A stretch of 38,477 bases of DNA, from the NCBI GenBank assembly GCA_017425985.1, contig JAFOWI010000228.1, forward strand, positions 1 through 38,477. Direction: 5' to 3'. The stretch comes from Bacteroidaceae bacterium (GTDB lineage Bacteria > Bacteroidota > Bacteroidia > Bacteroidales > Bacteroidaceae). Positions within the stretch are counted from its first letter, which is position 1, and each line of letters begins with the position of its first letter. This document shows, piece after piece, positions 37,152 to 38,477 of the stretch. The translations under genes were made by a program, and so were the position numbers. The notes beneath the pieces were generated by a model. It saw only the letters and a list, made by a program, of their open reading frames with translations, ran no database searches and had not been told where the DNA came from.

Positions 37152-37224
37152 AAAAAAAGGGGAAAACCAATATGGCTCTCCCCTTGTAGTACAAAGATAC
37201 AACATTTTTCGGCGAAATCCAAAT
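37152..37224 (-). promoter_or_regulatory. Repeated promoter module copy C followed by hairpin and U-tract
   Basis: TTTG-N20-TATCTTTG then AAGGGGAGAGCCA-tat-TGGTTTTCCCCTTTTTTT. Confidence 0.65.
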
Positions 37225-37361
37225 CGAAGAAAAATGTCGTTTTAACATTTTTTTAAGATTAAGTTAACGTTTCGTTAACTATAGCCTCAAGGCGCGAAGT
37301 CCGAAATCGGGAGTTTCAGCGCTAAAATCTGGGCTAAAAACGGCCACCAAAAAGGCTTGAC

Positions 37362-38477
37362 TTACTCATGATTTTTGTAGCTCACCTTTTGCACGGAAGC
37401 ATCGTCGTAAATCACTTCCTTGAACTGCTCGGGCGTGATACTGACAGCATTTTTCGAAAATTCGGGCACGTTGTAGCTCTTCATGCGGAGGAGGTTGAAT
37501 TCGGGGTCGCGCTGTGGCAGGAGAAAGGCCTTGTGGTCCTGACCATCCTTGTCGAAGTAAGCAATATAGGGACGCGAGTACGAACCATCATCGCGACGCG
37601 AAGCCACTACGAGCCAACGGCCATTACTGCTCCAGGCATGGTAGCTATCGGGGCCCGGCGCTGAAGCGCGGTCGAGGCGGCGCACTGCTCCTGTGATCAT
37701 ATCCTTGACATAAAGGTCGGCGTCGGCATGCCAAATGTGGAACTGGCCAAAATCGCCTACGGTGAAGAGCAGATAGCGGCCATCCGGGCTGATACGCGGT
37801 ACGGCGGCACTCTTGCCTACTTCGGCGCAAGCCACTTCGGTGCGGAGGTCGCTCACAGCTCCCGTTGCAGCATCATAGCGCAGGCTCATCACGTCGTAGT
37901 GAAGCGAGTCGTAGAGCGTAGGAATTTTGTCGGCACGCACACTGTCGGGAATGACAGCCAGTTGGGGCGTGTAGGCGCTACAGAAGTAAATGGTCGTGCC
38001 ATCGGGCGCCCAGCAGGGGAAGGTTTCGAGGTGTTCCTTCGTGCGCAGAATGTTTGAGATTTCCTGAGTTGCTACGTTGTAGTGAATAAGGTCGGAAGCG
38101 TAGTCGAGCACTTCGATTTTGTTGGCATGACCGAGGTGGAACACTTGCCCCGTATTGTTCGATGAGAAAACGACTCTGGGGTCGGTAGGATGCCATGAGG
38201 GATAAACGGAGTTGGAGAGGATGGAGTCGGACTTCATGTTCATCTTCACCACCTTGTCGCCTTGTACGAAAACCGTACCACCGTGTCCGCCACGCACGTG
38301 GAAAAGCATCGTATCGGTATTGTAGTTCTGGTAGTTATGACAGTTGACGCAGTGGTTATGGTCCTCCTCGTAAGAGCGATTGTTTTCATAGATAGCGTGC
38401 TCTTCGAAGTTGGTAAGATTGCGTTGATAAAGCCCCAACTGGCGATAAAGCTCATAACTTGGCTCTATGAGGCGGTA
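37362..38477 (-). CDS. TolB-like / PD40 beta-propeller protein, 5' end outside the window
   Basis: Frame stays open to the window edge (YRLIEPSYELYRQLGLYQR); repeats YPSWHP, FPCWAPDG, PRISPDGRYL, YHAWSSNGRW; CVNCH motif. Confidence 0.85.
   Translation of the reverse strand, partial: YRLIEPSYELYRQLGLYQRNLTNFEEHAIYENNRSYEEDHNHCVNCHNYQNYNTDTMLFHVRGGHGGTVFVQGDKVVKMNMKSDSILSNSVYPSWHPTDPRVVFSSNNTGQVFHLGHANKIEVLDYASDLIHYNVATQEISNILRTKEHLETFPCWAPDGTTIYFCSAYTPQLAVIPDSVRADKIPTLYDSLHYDVMSLRYDAATGAVSDLRTEVACAEVGKSAAVPRISPDGRYLLFTVGDFGQFHIWHADADLYVKDMITGAVRRLDRASAPGPDSYHAWSSNGRWLVVASRRDDGSYSRPYIAYFDKDGQDHKAFLLPQRDPEFNLLRMKSYNVPEFSKNAVSITPEQFKEVIYDDASVQKVSYKNHE

Overview
A 38.5-kb window from a Bacteroidales genome. 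Gene content, TAnnTTTG promoters and T9SS/lipoprotein signals suggest Prevotellaceae; this is inference. Housekeeping genes (clpB, tRNA-His, pyrC, Dol-P-Man synthase, TlpA, ltaE, fprA) alternate with accessory blocks: (i) an AlbA_2/HATPase/HTH gene and a BlaI - M56 (BlaR1-like) - GLPGLI - outer-membrane barrel locus with a remnant of a second GLPGLI gene; (ii) maa / Crp / acyltransferase; (iii) an ArsR - 4Fe-4S membrane protein - ArsC islet beside tRNA-His; (iv) a TonB-dependent receptor - DUF4374 - PepSY cassette bracketed by direct repeats of IS1182-end-like DNA; (v) a GH84 enzyme and a TolB-like propeller. The most unusual signals are non-coding. A conserved 40-bp promoter module (3 copies) reads straight into a hairpin, and in two copies this is followed by a U-tract and a 21-bp-period repeat array. 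clpB has a consensus sigma-54 promoter with a perfect inverted enhancer-like site. There are also two copies of a ~190-bp MITE, four copies of a GGGTGTG...CACACCC hairpin, an in-frame palindromic insert in the barrel gene, and an exact 24-bp repeat read in two different frames inside one gene. All calls come from motif recognition by eye; no database search was run.
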